This document shows, piece after piece, positions 49,196 through 61,800 of a DNA stretch of 64,000 nt. The stretch is from Tubulanus polymorphus (Eukaryota; Animalia; Nemertea): NCBI RefSeq assembly GCF_964204645.1, contig NC_134034.1, positions 1,178,001 through 1,242,000 of the forward strand, read 5' to 3'. The position numbers and the translations under genes were made by a program. Below the pieces are notes generated by a model, which ran no database searches, was not told the DNA's origin, and saw nothing but the letters and a program-made list of their open reading frames with translations. Each line of letters starts with the position of its first letter. Position 1 is the first letter of the stretch.

Positions 49196-49817
49196 TCTCA
49201 GGGTTCCAACTGGCAGCGGCAGAGTCGGAGTTCTCTAACGTGGCCTCGTCCCAGCTAGTGGCGGGGTGCTGACAACACGGGTGTTACCACGGAGGACCCG
49301 CAATCAGAGTAAGATGGGAAGCGACAAACAACTTCGGCTTCAGGGGATATCCGATCTTCAAGCATCAACACCAAAAGACAACCGGCACCCAGAAGAGAGA
49401 GAAAAACTGGGTGAACGGGGAGCCCAATCAGCAAGATGCCAATGGGTAGCCTTAGGCGAAGAAACCAGCCGATTCAGACTAGAATGGACCAAACTGGGGA
49501 CCCAATTGAGAATTGAGCACACCACCTAAGACAACCGGCACCCAGATGACAGAGAAAAACTGGGTGAACGGGGAGCCCAATCGGCAAGATGCCAATGGGT
49601 AGCCTTAGGCGATGAACCAGCCGATTCAGACTAGAATGGACCAACTGGGGACCTAAAGATCCAACAGCCCCCTCAGTCGAAGATTGCTACCGCCCCCATC
49701 TTATTCTGATCGCAGGTACCCCGTAGTAACATCCGCATCACCAGCACTCCGCCACTAGCTGGATCGAGGCCACATTAGAGAACTCCGACTCCGCCGCTGC
49801 CAGTTGAAACCCTGAGA
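49196..49817 (-). ncRNA. Candidate long hairpin RNA (about 160-bp imperfect stem enclosing a duplicated ~127-bp module)
   Basis: 49196-49358 is an inverted copy of 49656-49817, with mismatches mostly G-U-compatible on the minus strand. All three minus-strand frames stop within ~75 nt of the candidate acceptor at 49812. No expression data. Confidence 0.45.
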
Positions 49818-52599
49818 TTGAGAGGGCGGGGGTGGGGGTGAGGGACGAATGAAATGAAAGAAAAAAAAATGAAAAAACAAAAATAATATAGAAAAATAAC
49901 GAAAAAAATAAGATATAAAATATACCACACATTCATACGACACATATAAACTCCATTCACTCCTCTTGCACACACCGGGCACACGACTCCGTCCACTCCG
50001 CTTGCACACACCGCGCACACAACTCCATCCACCGCACACATAACTCCATCCACTGCCACCGGCGCCACGCCACCACTCCGAAAAACACCGCGCCACAAAA
50101 CCGCCAGGATCGCCAGGAAACACAGCAAAAGCTGAAGAGCTCGAGAAAACGCCATCTGATCGTGTCAAAGACTAGCACTCGATTGAACGATTGTGGAGAA
50201 ATTCCGCAGTCTACAGTATCAAATGCAAACATAAATGTAGATATTTTATTGAACGAAATTGATTTTCAGTCCACGTCAGTTGAAAACCCGTTTTGATCGA
50301 TGTTTTAATGTTTATTTTAAATAAAAATTAGATTTACGACCTAGGGCTATTGACTAATATCTAATTGTGAGGGTTAGATAATAGGATCGCGGATGAATTT
50401 ACTGCTCGCATGCCACAGCTCCGTCAAATCTCAATCGTCTAGTGCTGCCCCTAAATACTGTGGCGAACACATAAACTAATCGATTAATATACTCTACTCG
50501 TATTTGTACATAAGGCCTACAGTTTACTTATCTTGCTTAATTTACGCCGTTCATGTCTTGTGCCGGTATCCTAAGACTAAGGATCATATTGGATCCATTT
50601 TCAGCGGTAGAGCTAGATAATTAAATGATAATTATCCGAACAGTAGATTGTTCTATTTTTTAAAACTTCCTCCACGTCAAAGTTAATAGTTAAAAATTCA
50701 CAATACAAATTATGTTCAAATCCAGATTCCACAAACAACAACTCGTTGGCCCACTGAAAGATAGCAGTGATACAATCATCGGGTATAAATGTTAGAAAGA
50801 ATTAGGTCTCAGGGCCTTAATTGTACGTCACCGGTAATGGAAAAAGTAAGGCAGCAGGAAGGTAGGCCTACCCTAGTCAGTAACCTGACTGTGGTTTAGT
50901 TTCACGATCGGATATTTTCACAAACCACATGAGCCCATCCGACTATAAAAAAGCTTACCACCAACGAGTAGGTAACTAACTAGGCCTACCCATGTAGGCT
51001 TAAATTATCCAACTACAAAAGCCTTGACGAGAAAAGAACGAATTAGCAACATAAACAAAATCGAAAAGGAAAATATCGAAAGTGCATGATATCAAATTAA
51101 CTTAATTATGGCTGCTCAAATATAACCACCACTAAAACCGATGCCTGAGAGGGACTTGAAGCTCACACCACGAGGACAGATCTAGGCAAATATCCGAATT
51201 TCAATTGCTAGACTTTAGGGTATGGTCGAATGAGAGAGTAACATCTCAGGGAATGTCTAGAAGTTCAAATGACACTGCGCGTAGATTGTTCACGTCAGGA
51301 GTCATCAAACTCAAACAGTCCCATAAAAATGAGCACCTGAAGTCTACATCAGGGGCCATTTTATCAGAATCTTGGGAAGAAATCCGTTGAAGAAGCGATG
51401 GATAAAGGCAAATAGATCTGATTAGAAAAAAAAAACATGTTTTGAATATTAGTTTCCATTATATTGAAAGTATTCCTAGTTACAAAATTTCTCATTAAAA
51501 AACCAAAACCGACCCTGAAAGATTTCATTCTGCAAGGTTGGTCGCAATTTAGGTGGTAAATTATTAGAGATTTGAATGTGGAAGATATGAATCACATTAT
51601 GAATCACATCACGCCGTATGTCGTAATACATTGACGCGATTGTGTGTTCAGATTTCACATGGTCACAGTCGAATGATCGTGGGTGGGTACTGAGGGAATT
51701 TACTATACGCCAGGTCAATTGAGTCTATTCACGCTCGTAACACAAACTAAGTCCCGTTCTAATATACACGTACGGTAAGCCCTATGTTTTTGGGCCCTGG
51801 TTGTTAATTATTAAGATTTTTGATGACGCGGTCTTTCGTCTTAGACTGTTGTTTGGTCATTGTTCGGAAGGTTGACCAAATTTCATCTGGGTTTGCATGC
51901 AGACGTTTCGAATTTGTCTACCCAGGCTTTCTTAGCGTTTTGAATGCTTAATTGGGCCTCAGCAGAAGGCAAGGAGATTGTCGATGGAGTTTCTTTGTTT
52001 TTGTATCTCTCGCTGCATAAAGTAAAGATAGCTCTCTTGTACGTATCCTGGTTAGCCCAGCATGGATGTTTCAGTCTGTATTTTTATACATAGTAAAACC
52101 TTTTGTGTCAGGTCCCTTTCGTATTCCAATTTTGATTCGGCCGTGCGAATGATATCAACATCTCTGAAAAACCGCTGTTAAATGGATTTATGAGTTTATC
52201 ATGGACGTTAGAGTCTGAATACCTGTCCTTGTTACCGGTTCTCTTAAACGGTTTTTTGTTTGTGGAACGACGGCTAGGTACTAATGAGACTACCATGGAC
52301 GGAACAAACAAAATGCACACATAAGACACTGAGATGAACAAACAAATAGTAGCATTAGTATGTAGATGTGACTTGCTAGTTATAAAGATTTTTCTGGTGG
52401 TAATGAAAATCATCTGGTCAGTCATTGGAATATCAGTGGAGGAACATTGAAATCGCACCCTGTTTTAGTTTAGATTGTAGGATAGTGTCAACGAGGACAA
52501 TTCATACTCAGGCCCTACAATATAACCTATATAGAAACTTGAAATAACACTTGAAAACATCCAATTATCATTTTCGCAAGGAAAGACTTTGCAAAATGA

Positions 52600-52861
52600 T
52601 TTACTAAAATTGTAGAATGATGGAATTAAGATTGCGTGCGTCCTTTAACGGACTTGAGCTCTGACTGGCCACCGTGTCGTGCTGCCATCTGTACTCGTTT
52701 CAGATAAATCTACACTTCGCGTTAGAAATATAGATTTGTGGAGCCGAAATTTTGACTTCCGGCAGTTAAGAAATTGCGTAAATAAAAAGATAAACGACAA
52801 ATGTGCAATTAACCAGGCCGTAATTATCGAGTTAATCAGCCTGATTAATTTTCAGTAATTA
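52600..52861 (+). promoter_or_regulatory. Probable UBR3 core promoter / 5' UTR
   Basis: CpG-richer segment immediately upstream of the ATG with an ETS-type ACTTCCGG at ~52755. Confidence 0.4.
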
Positions 52862-55800
52862 ATGATGGCTGGCGGGCAGCACGACCATGCCGCTAATGCG
52901 CTAATGAAGCGAGGCAAGCGACCGCTGGCCGTTTACATGAAAGCTCAATGTTTGAGAATCGTCGGAAAAAACAACTGTCAACAGCTTCACGATTTACTGG
53001 ATCACCTGCTCGACCCTAGAGAACCCTTCGATTACGAGCGTATCGACTGGTGTCGTTGGTTGATTGCAGGGGGCGCCACGTTCGACGATTTTGCTAAAAC
53101 TGGTGAGTCTCAGTCAAGTCGCTGACACAATTCATGTCCAAAAATTTTTATTGCACCTCTACTACAAGGCATGGGCATGGGTCTGGTTTTTGAGTGGGTT
53201 TAAATTAAAACTTACCCAACCCTCCTTAGAAGGATAGAGAAAATAGATTCCCTTCCACAGACGAAAGTCTCGTAGCGTCCTGCTAGGCCTATTTGATTCC
53301 ATAGTTTGAAATATAAATCATCTAATTTATGGTTTTCTACGGGTGGCGCCACTTACTGGAAGCCAGGAAAAGTTGTAAAAAAGCTACTTTAGTGGGGAAA
53401 ATTAGTTTAGATTTGTTTAGATTTAGAATATGCGTAGAGTCAAACTGTTTCTATCTGTAAATAGTATTGTTTCTATCTATATATTTGACGTGTGTTAATT
53501 GATTGGATTCTTACCAGATCAAGTCAGGAAAAGTAACGCGCATGTTAGGGAATAAATAGTCAGGGTATTTTCTTAGAAATAGTTGAGGAAATTAGTCGGG
53601 ATTGCTTTCGATCGCTCGTAAAATCTAAACTGTTTCCGTTTATGTTTTACGTTTTATCTGTTTATGATTTAGTGCGTATGTACGATAACGCTGTAACGTG
53701 CGGTCTCGTTTGGACGGCTAATTTCGTCGCGTATCGCTGTCGAACGTGCGGCATCTCGCCGTGTATGTCGCTGTGCGCCGAGTGTTTCCAGGCCAGCGAT
53801 CATCAGGGTCACGATTTCAACATGTTCCGCAGTCAGGCAGGGGGCGCTTGCGACTGCGGCGATGTCAGCGTCATGAACCCAGACGGGTGAGTGTTAATGA
53901 TTTTAAGCATTTCGGTTGTTTAACCCTTTCAGTGCATCACACCGCAGTGCGGTGTATGAATCGGTGATGGATTTTGCTAGTACACTGCGGTGTATTGATT
54001 TAATTAGTTTTTAGTTGTTATCTCTATATAAAGATGGCAGCACCTGTCAAACATAGTGAAATACTAGTAACTAACGATACACTGCACTGCGGTGTAGACG
54101 CACTATAGTGGTATTCCCGTTATTCAACACACTAGGGCAGAATTTTCCCAAATTTTCACATTTTTTCCAGCACTATAGGGTAGTCAGCACTGAAAGGGTT
54201 AAATAATCTATAGGCTTTGTCTTGATTTTAAATGCTAATTAAAGTAAAATCTTGTGTGAAGAATGTTCTTCAACTACAGACTAGTCTTCTGATTTAAAAC
54301 AACCCAACTCTGGGGCCAGTTGCACAGTCGTGACTTAAGTCCAAAAGTGGTCTTTTATCTTAAGACTGGTCTTAAGTTGTTAGATTGGCTATAGAACAAA
54401 GTTGGTCTTAAGTCTAAGCCATGACTATGGAACTGGGCCCTGGACTGGGGGTAGATGTAGTTCTTACTTCAGCCGACCGTGTTCCCAGTTTTGCAGGATA
54501 ATCGCTAAACTCAATTGCCAAATTTTTCATTCAGATTTTGTCCTCGCCACGGTCCGAACCGGACTAGTCAGCAGCATTCCGTTCCTCCGGACTTGCTCGT
54601 CATCGCGGAAGAAATGATGCCGCGGTTGCTATGGCGATTCATCCAGCATCTACGCGGAAATTCGAAACCCGGTAAGTTCCCTCCGTTATTCTGAAATATT
54701 CATGAGTAACACTAAAACTAGGCCGGCAGTTACGACTGTGGATAAGACCTGGCTCTAAATTTAAGCCCTGGTTTAGCTATTTTTGGTCTAGTTATTCTGT
54801 TGAGACTTAAGTTTAGACCAAGCTAAGCTTAATTTGATAGAGTGTTCACAAGAAAAACCCAGTTTCACTGTTGAGAGTAAACATTAGACCGGGCTAAGCT
54901 AATTTCAGTCCAGTTCCACTGTTAAGAGTAAAGATAAGTCCGGGCTAAGCTAATTTTAGTCCAGTTCCACTGTTAAGAGTAAAGATAAGTCCGGGCTAAG
55001 CTAATTTCAGTCCAGTTCCACTATTAAGAGTAAAGATAAGACCGGGCTAAGCTAATTTCAGTCCAGTTCCATTGTTAAGAGTAAAGATAAGTCCGGGCTA
55101 AGCTAATTTCGGTCCAGATCCACAGTTAAGAGTAAAGAAAAGTCCGGGCTAAGCTAATTTTGGTGCAGGTCCACAGTTGAGAGTTACGATAAGACCGGTC
55201 TAACTGATTGTTGATGATAATGTTTTTGATTACAGAGATGTTGGATACGTTCCTGGTTGCTATGGAAGATGCTGATCAGTATCTGACGTTTCTACACACT
55301 CTCAGTGATATGGGCGCCGCTATGCGACATGTTTTCACATCAGCCATGACCAACACGCAAGTTTACAAAAATTTCAACGAAAGTGAGTCATAGCCAAGAT
55401 GTCTGCCTTCATAAATCCCCCTATGACATCATCAACTCGTCAACTATTGATCTATAAATCACTTCTATAAAAAATGTCTGCCTCCATAAATCCCCCTATT
55501 GATCGAATCACTGAAAAAGGAAATATTAATCACTTTTAGGTAATTTGATGATGTCATAGGGGGATTTATTGTGGGGGTTTATTTTTGAGAAATTGTGAAA
55601 ACTTTATTATGAATGCGTCTGTGTTGTATGAGTAGGTCGTCGAGGGCAGACGTCTACCCACAATGCATCACCTAGTTCGTCAACGGCAGACGTTGATTTC
55701 GACGAAGAATTACAGATAAATTACGAGACGGCGATCGAATCGTTGAGGTTTCCTCCGATGCCCGAAGAATTACCCGGTAGATATTTCCCGGTTAAAGATT

Positions 55801-58800
55801 CCGGTCTAAGATTTAATAATAATCAAAGTTGTAGTTGATTGTTTATTTTTTGATCGGGTCGTTGTTTTTAGAACTGGCGCGACAGCAGAGTAAACTTGTC
55901 CACACGAACTTGTTAGAAGAGCTCGTCTTCTGGATGGTAAAATTCGAATTTCCTCAGAAGATCGTCACTCTACTGTTGAGTATCTTACCAGACGACGCCT
56001 ACAAGGTAAGCAACACCGGGTTGATCCAGGTGTGCACGTTTCTGAGATATCCCTCTGACTGGAGGTGAGGCCAAACGTTTTGTAACAGTGGTAATAACCT
56101 GGGCCCAGTTAATTCTGAGTTTAAATCAGTTCATTTTCAAAGTTTTAACCACGGAGTCAAATTCAACTCTGAACTGTGGTACTGGATCTTGTAGTATTAA
56201 GTGTATTGTTAAAAGAAAATGTTTAGAAAATTAGAAAGGTTGAAATTTTAAAGATTTTTTTATCCAGATTATGTTATTCGGAATCATGCCTATCTCCGGT
56301 GGGTGGCTCCAGGAATATCTTGATCATGGTATTCGGAGTCACCCCTCTCTCTAGTTGGTGGCTCCAGGAATATCTTGATCATGGTATTCGGAGTTATCCA
56401 TTTCTCCGGTGGGTGGCTCCAGGAATATCTTGATCATGGTATTCGGAGTTATCCATTTCTCCGGTGGGTGGCTCCAGGAATATCTTAATCATGGTATTCG
56501 TAGTCATCCCTTTCTCTAGTGGGTGGCTCCAGGAATATCTTAATCATGGTATTCGTAGTCACCCCTCTCTAGTGGGTGGCTCCAGGAATTGTATTTGGAG
56601 TCATCCCTTTCTCTAGTGGTTGGCTCCAGATTTGTGTCTAAGATTCGTGATGATTATTTTCTATAGGAAGCGTTCACGCGTACGTTTGTTCAACACTACA
56701 GTCGTATATCGATAGCGCTGGTGAATTCCATCGACCGGCAGACGATCTCAAACCGGGTCGTACACATCAGCGTTCAGCTGTTCAGCAACGAATCGATCGC
56801 GTCGAAGATCGCCGAACAATATCAGCTCATACACGTGATGATCGCTAGTTTAAATCACATGCTGAAAAATATACTCACCGAGAGTACGTTACAAGGTACG
56901 TCAATCCCCCTATGACATCATTATCACTGATGCATGATCCCCCTATGACATCATTATCACTGACGATGCAATACTAACGCGATAACATCGAATGAATTTT
57001 GATTCCGATTTATAGAAACTTCTAGATAAGAAAAGATGTCTGCCTCCATAAATCCCCCTATGACATCATCAAATTACCTACTAGTGATTTGATCTATAGA
57101 CACTTCTAGAAAAGATGTCTGCCTCCATAAATCCTCCTATGACATCATCAAATTGTCTACTAGTGATTTGATCTATAGACACTTGTAGAAAAGATGTCTG
57201 CCTTCATAAATCCCCCTATGACATCATCATTAGGGAAACCTCGGTTACAGATACTTCACTACAATAAAGATGGCATACTCCATAAATCCCTCTATGATGT
57301 AATCATTTTAGTCTCATTCAGACTTTAGATACTTTACAGAAAATTGTCCGGCTGCGTAAGTCCCCCCTATGACATCATAATCTGATATTGAAATGTTTTC
57401 TAGTTGCAGAATGTAATTTACACATGGTAGTTGATTGTAGTAAGGATATACTGAGGGATCACTGTTATTGGCCGGTAGTTAGTGATCTGATTAATCTACT
57501 ATCACACTCGTCTATAGCTAATCAAATATTCGACGATCTGAAAATGATGCCCATGTGGCTCGAACTGATTTCTTATTTTCAAGGTACGTATTCCGGCCGC
57601 ATATCCCCCTATGACATCATGCAATTATCTACTAGCGTGATATGATACTTGACACTTCTAGAAAAGATGTCTGCCTCCATATATCACGCTATGACATCAT
57701 TTAATTATTTACTACACTGTAGTGTGATATTTGACACTTCTAGAAACGATGTCTGCCTCCATAAATCCCCCTATGACATCATCAAATTGTCTACTAAGTG
57801 ATTTGACCTATAGACACTTCTAGAAAAGATGTCTGCCTCCACAAATTCCCCTATGACATCATCAAATTGTCTACTAGTGATTTGATACTTGACACTTCTA
57901 GAAAAGATGTCTGCCTCCATAAATCCCCCTATGACATCATCAAATTGTCTACTAGTGATTTGATACTTGACACTTCTAGAAAAGATGTCTGCCTCCATAA
58001 ATCCCCCTATGACATCATCAAATTGTCTATTAGTGATTTGATCTCTAGACCCTTCTAAAAAACATGTCTGCCTCCTTAATCACCCTATGACATCATCACA
58101 TTGTCAACTAGAGTGTAGACCCTTCTAAAAAACATGTCTGCCTCTATAAATCCCCCTATGACATCATCAAAATGAATTGTATCATTGAATTGTAGGAATG
58201 AATTTGAACGTACGCGAGTTGTCTCAACACGTAGAATATGAACCGGACACGTATTATGCTGCGTTCTCGGCTGAGTTAGAAATATGTGCGTCGCCGATGT
58301 GGTCTCTACTCGTACATCTCAAAAACAAGGTCCGTCTGCTCGAGAATTAGAGAAATCTGGAAAATTTAAAAAAAACTGGAAAATCGGAAGATCGTTTTTT
58401 TATTTCTAGGGCGACGAAGAGCGCTGTAAACGTATAATAAAGATGATAGTCTCCGCTCTGCAGCATTGGTTCAACGTTATAGACGTCAATTCGAATACGG
58501 TGGTACGTTTCATATCACTGCAGGGTGGCGCCACTGACCTCGAAAACTACGGGATTCAGAAAAATCTTGAAAAAAATTGGGGAGAACTCTCCGGGAATTT
58601 GACAATTTTTACCAAAAACCTGGAAAACTCAGGGCCCGGTTTTATAGACTGGTATTGATTTCAACCCGGGTTTCAAGCTAATTCAATTCATTTTCAATTG
58701 AGTTAACATACCAGGCCTAGGGAAATAGAATAATGCTATTGACGAACTGTTTCTTTATTATCAATACGTGATTTAATGAAAAATGAATAAATCGTAAAAT

Positions 58801-61800
58801 ATTAAGTTAAGAAATTTCTCTGAGGGAATTTTGTGTAATCACATGGAAAAATCCGGGACCAGGGCCCAGTTTCACAAAAAAGGGAACTCAAATTTTTGGT
58901 GTAATTGCCATTGGTTACTTCGTGTTTTCAATGACGACAACAGTTCGAACTTAACCGAGGCTTCCAATTTTTTGTGAAACTGGGCCCAGTTACAATCAAT
59001 CTGGGATGTTTGGCAACTTTCATTTACTCAAGATCTTTACATCTGTAGCTGAACCACGGATATTGCGTATATTCTCGACGTTTCATTTTCTCTCCGTATT
59101 TTCAGCCGAATAGTCGTCAGATATCGTTTCATTTACCGCTGCATCGTTATCTGGCGGCGTTTCTCAGTCAGGCCGTCTGCGTGCTCGACATCCCGTTATC
59201 GGACGTGCTGCCATCTAGTGACCAATTGAAACAACTACTCATTCATCCTTTACAAATACAGGTAGCGAACGAAAACAAACTTTTGATTCGCTTCGTTTTT
59301 AAAAGCTGACTATGAAATTTAAAGAAATTTAAATTCTTTTTCACGTGTTTCTTTTTCCTGCCTACAGGTGGCGTTTTACGAGATATTCTGCGGTCTATGG
59401 GTGCGAAACGGGTTACAAATCAAAGGACAAGCGATGACCTACATACAGTGTCATTTCTGTAACAGTCTCGTAGACGCCGACATCTTCCTCTTACAGGTAC
59501 GATCCCCCTATGACATCATCAAATTGTTCACTTGTGATTCGATCTATAGACACTTGTAGAAATGATGTCTGCCTCCACAAATCCACCTATGACATCATCA
59601 AAGTCTAATTACTGGTGATTTGATTTATAGACACATCCAGGAAATATGGCTTTCACAAAACTCCCCCTGTGTCATCATCCAAATACCTACTGGTGATATA
59701 GACCCTTCTAGAAAAGGTGTCTGCCTCCATAAATCCACCTATGACATCATCAAATCACTTACGGGTGATATAGACCCTTCTGGAAAAGGTATCTGCCTCC
59801 ATAAATCCACCTATGATATCATCAAAGTCTAATTACTTACTATTGATTTGATTTATTTCTAAGAAAAGATGTCAGCCTTCATATAATCCCCCTATGACAT
59901 CACTTTATCATCTGCTGCTGGTGTATTACAGGTGTGTTTTTATTTATAGGTTTGCGCTGCGTATTTAGATCCCGAGTTCGTTTTGAAATCAATATTTGAA
60001 AGATTCCACGTATTTGATTGGGTAACGTTGAGTCCGATTCCCACGTTGTCGCCACGGTTACAGCACGAGGATGCATTGTTGGAAGGCTGTCTGACATTCC
60101 TCGCCACACTGCTCGGTTTCCGTAATCATTGGGGTACGTCTCTTAAAAACTGGAACTAGGTCTAGAACCCACAATTGTGGAACTGGGCCAAGAACCCACA
60201 ACTGTGGAACTGGGCCAAGAACCCACAACTGTGGAACTAGGTCTAGAACCCACAACTGTGGAACTGGGCCAAGAACCCACAACTGTGGAACTAGGTCTAG
60301 AACCCACAACTGTGGATCTGGGTCTAAAACCCACAACTGTGGAACTGGGTCTAGAACCCACAATTGTGGAACTGGGCCAAGAACCCACAACTGTGGAACT
60401 GGGCCAAGAACCCACAACTGTGGAACTAGGTCTAGAACCCACAACTGTGGAACTGGGCCAAGAACCCACAACTGTGGAACTAGGTCTAGAACCCACAACT
60501 GTGGAACTGGGTCTAGAACCCACAACTGTGGAACTGGGTCTAAAACCCACAACTGTGGAACTGGGCCCAGAACCCACAACTGTGGAACTGGGTCTAGAAC
60601 CCACAACTGTGGAACTGGGCCCAGAACCTACAACTGTGGGATGAAATTTTCAACAACTGTGGAACTGGGTTTATTATTTACAACTGTTTAAACTTTGATT
60701 CCAAATTTATAACTGTGAAATTGTGTGTAGAACCCACAACTGCGGAACTGGGTTCCTAATTGACAACTGGGAAATGTGGTCCTGTAGTACACACAACTGT
60801 GGAACTGGGACTGTAATTCGTAAGGTTCTTCTGTTTCATATATGTTTGCTGTGTTAATTGTAAACAGGTATTGGGGAAGAAGAATTAACACGTATCGAAA
60901 TGGTTACTCTGTTATGCGTTAGTGATCGCACGCATTCACAATTGATGGATCTGATGCCAGAGAAATGCGGCTTGAGCGGACAAACGAAACAGTTTGAACC
61001 CATTCTCAGACAGGTACGTCTATCGGTGACACCTAGTGTTGCTCTTTTCAACTACTAGTTACGCACAGCCATCTATTGTCATTCGAATCAACTAATTCAA
61101 CATCCTCATACAAATACATCTACGAATATTTATTACAATCCAACCATTTCCATGGTATATGGAGGAAAAACAGTATTTACAATTAATTACATAAACAGCA
61201 ATAAAAGCCTTTAAACCTCAATAAACTGGGCTCACACTTATATGCGTAAAAAACTATTAACTAGTCACCAAGTGTCCTTCTAATCAACTAGTCACAAAGA
61301 GCCACCTAGTGTCACAAACATCAACTATTTCTTTGGCGATGTGGATATCGAATTATTGTATTTGCCGTTACAGATTGGTGACTATAAGGCTCCTAATTTC
61401 GAGGCTGGTGGTGGTACTATGCAACAGGGCATGTATGTGCCTAAAGGTAAATAACCAATCTACGTCTGCTCATGAAATACATTACATGTATTATCGATTT
61501 TCCTTTGAAATTTTCAACGAGAAACATTTTTAACTGATTAACTGCTGTTTATTTGAAAAGTTTACGCCCGTTGTTATTTGTAGAATTAGTTTGGAATGAA
61601 GATTTCGACCCGATGTATGTTTCTTTGAGAGCCGTTCATCGCAGGGACTTTCAGAGCGCCATGGATCGATATACTACGGCGTAAGAATCCGGCACACTGG
61701 CGACACCTGGTGGATCCTCACTTACCTCAAGTGGAATCTTCTATTGCCGCAGTAGTTGATATCCTACTGCGCGCTAGCGACACCTGGTGGATCCTCACTT

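Noticed and set aside
49465-49485. CCGATTCAGACTA resembles RNase P RNA CR-V
   Set aside because: No CR-I (GGAARNUCNG) partner at a suitable distance, and the motif is duplicated.
51880-51940. Minus-strand CTAAGAAAG...GAAACGTC hammerhead-like words
   Set aside because: The CUGANGA core is broken and helix II cannot form.
60058-60644. PTTVELG-repeat ORFs on both strands
   Set aside because: 27-bp intronic minisatellite within UBR3 intron 13.
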